Part shown: positions 27,531 to 29,615 of the stretch, one piece after another
Layout of the letters: each line of letters begins with the position of its first letter
Position numbering within the stretch: the stretch's first letter is position 1
Origin: Campylobacterota bacterium
Lineage (GTDB): Bacteria; Campylobacterota; Campylobacteria; Campylobacterales; Sulfurovaceae
DNA: 29,615 nt
Direction of reading: 5' to 3'
Assembly: GCA_034722955.1 (NCBI GenBank)
Contig: JAYEOM010000133.1
Span: 1-29,615, forward strand
Translations under genes and position numbers: made by a program
Notes under the pieces: generated by a model
Databases searched by the model: none
The model's input: the letters and a program-made list of their open reading frames with translations, nothing else
Told to the model about the DNA's origin: nothing

Positions 27531-28967
27531 ATGAGTAGTATAGCTATCATAGGCGGTGGAGTAGCAGGAGTAACGACGGCTCTGCACTTAGGGAGTTTAG
27601 GTTTCAATGTGACACTTTTTGAAAGGGAACGGAGCTTGATCAATGGTCCGCCATTTTGTCATCTCCACGCAGGAGGAAATCTCTATAGAGAGATCTCTGA
27701 TGAGCAGTGCATCAAACTACTCAAACAGTCTATAGATTTTGCCAAGTTTTACCCATTTGTGGTTGATTATCGTCCGACAGTTATCGCTATTCCTGCGACA
27801 GATCCAAGCTCACCCAAGAAGCTGCTAGGGAGACTAGAGCTACTCAAAACAGCTTACCAAAAACTTATCGATGATGACCCTAGCAATGAGTGTTTAGGTG
27901 AGAGTCAATACTACTATAGATGTTATACCTTAGAGGATATCAAGCAGTTAAAACAGCAAGAGATTGTAGCAAAACCTCAAAATCAAGATGAGTGGATGAT
28001 ACCAGTCGCACACAATTTGGATATGCAAAAAGTTCAGTTTCCGCTCATTATGGTGAGTGAATATGGACTAAATCTCTTTAGATTGGCTTCAGGGGTTAAG
28101 CTTGCTATCGAAAAGATACCTACTATCAAGCTCTCTTTAGGCAGCAGTGTAACAGATATAGAGCGTAGTGATAGTTGGGAGGTTAGTAGTCTCTGTGATG
28201 GTGTATATCATAAGGATAACTTTGAATATATCATCAATGCAGCAGGATTCAGGACAGGCAAGATAGATGATATGATAGGTGTACCATGCAAAAAGATGGT
28301 AGAGTTCAAGTCAGCTTATGTGACACACTGTGAGAAGTATACGGATCTGCAGTTTCCAGAGATCATCTTTCACGGAGAACGCGGGACACCTAGAGGTATG
28401 GGGCAGTTTACTCCCTATCCCAATGGTTACTTTCAGCTTCATGGTATGACTAATGATATCACCCTCTATCCCGATGGTTTGGTCGCAAGTACCTCTCTAA
28501 GCTGCCAGCCCAAACTCCATCAGAACTTTATAGAGAAGATAGAAAAAGCATGGAGTCCCAAAGAGGTAGAGGAGCGAAGCAGTAGAGCTATAGCACACCT
28601 ATCCCAATTTCTCCCCAACTTCAAAGATGCAAAAGTAGGCTCAAAGCCACTCTTTGGTGCACAACAAATCACAGGAGATGATCCCACACTCAGAGTAGCA
28701 GAGGTCTCCTTCCCTACAGCGTACTATGCACGATGTGAAATAGTCAAGGTCTCCTCGGTGATAGATATGGTAGAGAGTATTGGTCAAGAGTTATATCGTC
28801 TTCATCTCTCCAAAAGTATATCAAAAGTAGATTTTGATCTTATGAGAGAGATCAAAGAGTCAGAGATCGCCGCAGAGGCAAAAGTGATATGCAGGCAGAG
28901 GGAGTATCCTGAAGATTTGGGAGAGAGAGGAAGAGCAGAGATAAACCCTAAAACCATTAGTGCGTAG
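27531..28967 (+). CDS. FAD-dependent oxidoreductase of unknown substrate
   Basis: N-terminal IAIIGGGVAG…TLFE dinucleotide-binding motif, CHLHAGGNLY, IINAAG. RBS GGAGG. Confidence 0.85.
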   Translation: MSSIAIIGGGVAGVTTALHLGSLGFNVTLFERERSLINGPPFCHLHAGGNLYREISDEQCIKLLKQSIDFAKFYPFVVDYRPTVIAIPATDPSSPKKLLGRLELLKTAYQKLIDDDPSNECLGESQYYYRCYTLEDIKQLKQQEIVAKPQNQDEWMIPVAHNLDMQKVQFPLIMVSEYGLNLFRLASGVKLAIEKIPTIKLSLGSSVTDIERSDSWEVSSLCDGVYHKDNFEYIINAAGFRTGKIDDMIGVPCKKMVEFKSAYVTHCEKYTDLQFPEIIFHGERGTPRGMGQFTPYPNGYFQLHGMTNDITLYPDGLVASTSLSCQPKLHQNFIEKIEKAWSPKEVEERSSRAIAHLSQFLPNFKDAKVGSKPLFGAQQITGDDPTLRVAEVSFPTAYYARCEIVKVSSVIDMVESIGQELYRLHLSKSISKVDFDLMREIKESEIAAEAKVICRQREYPEDLGERGRAEINPKTISA

Positions 28968-29030
28968 GTCGGGGTACCTCATTTTACAAATAGGACAAAA
29001 TATGAAGATTGAGAAAAAAGAGGATACTTG

Positions 29031-29219
29031 ATGGAACACTTTTTTACTTGCCAATACTGCTGGGAACGGATCTCTATGGTCTTAGAGAGTGACGAAGAGG
29101 GTGGAGCTACAAACTATGTAGAGGATTGTGAAATATGCTGCCGTCCTATAGAGCTGAGTTTTGTAATTGAAGATGATTTGATCGTGCGGTTTGATGCGAA
29201 GAGGATGGAGGGGATATAG
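29031..29219 (+). CDS. CPXCG-motif cysteine-rich (zinc-ribbon-like) small protein
   Basis: CQYCWERI…YVEDCEICCRPI matches the Cys_rich_CPXG pattern. RBS GAGGA. Confidence 0.85.
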   Translation: MEHFFTCQYCWERISMVLESDEEGGATNYVEDCEICCRPIELSFVIEDDLIVRFDAKRMEGI

Positions 29220-29226
29220 CCCAGAC

Positions 29227-29252
29227 TCCCTATCTCGCAAGATAGGGATTTG
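29227..29252 (+). terminator. Probable intrinsic terminator after the CPXCG gene
   Basis: Perfect 9-bp stem TCCCTATCT-CGCA-AGATAGGGA followed by TTT, 8 nt after the stop. Confidence 0.65.
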
Positions 29253-29331
29253 CTGTCGTAGGTGCGACCTAGGCTGTCGAAAAATAGCTCATTTACCATA
29301 TGCTTCATTTCTAATTTTTGGATTGTGTGGA

Positions 29332-29404
29332 ATGGTAGGGGTCTGAAGTTGAGTGTTTTGTGAAGCGTAGCGGAATGAAACAGTCAACATCTGACCCTGA
29401 CTAT
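29332..29404 (+). repeat. Long imperfect inverted repeat (REP/MITE-like element or structured RNA)
   Basis: Arms 29339-29360 and 29376-29397 pair at 19 of 22 positions (including G-T) and extend to 29332/29404. The loop contains GCGTAGC. Confidence 0.6.
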
Positions 29405-29615
29405 AACAAAGCTATGCTACAGCCGAGGCCAAGCCTTGAAAATCCACCCACCTCGTGAGTTGATTTTGCGACGCATACCCCTAAGCTTTAAATCACCATT
29501 TTTAAGTAAATCCATACATATGACCCTAAGGTTACTAAGGTTACGGCCTTATCTGACCCTTTTAATCTCAATAATAAATAAAATTAGAAAACCTATAGCT
29601 TCTAATATATATATT

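Noticed and set aside
29114..29308. 64-aa minus-strand ORF (also 28860-29054)
   Set aside because: Overlap real genes and the terminator antisense; no RBS or motif.
29400..29545. Integron attC/attI site (TATAAC… and GTTAC words) or CRISPR array
   Set aside because: No properly paired R''/R' and L boxes could be built, and there are no regularly spaced repeats of CRISPR length.

Overview
Gene-dense, moderately AT-rich chromosomal window. It is most likely from a free-living Campylobacterota (Sulfurovum/Sulfurovaceae-like), inferred from gene order (nadK-recN-tatD / aspS-adk, ccoI / rho-murI), AAGGA ribosome-binding sites and extended -10 promoters. Most of it is housekeeping: ribA, tex, truD, tatD, recN, nadK, aspS, adk, a ccoI-type P1B-ATPase, ccoS, rho and murI. 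It also carries a nucleotide-sugar operon (yfaZ-like OMP, galE, pgm/pmm, rmlB, rmlA, rmlC, rmlD-fusion). No rRNA, tRNA, CRISPR array or transposase is visible. Five things stand out. (1) A translationally coupled SPFH/Band-7 + divergent NAD-kinase-like gene pair has an NrtR-like half-operator, in a window that also encodes a canonical NadK. (2) RmlD is fused in-frame to a second Rossmann oxidoreductase + SAF domain (COG4091-like), and a slippery A/(AG)n tract at the junction would split it into two coupled genes after one slip. (3) Four genes have apparent leaderless architecture. (4) The rho promoter has an A9 tract in its spacer and a long structured leader. (5) The 3' end holds a palindrome- and repeat-rich non-coding element. 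All family assignments come from motif recognition by eye, not database searches.
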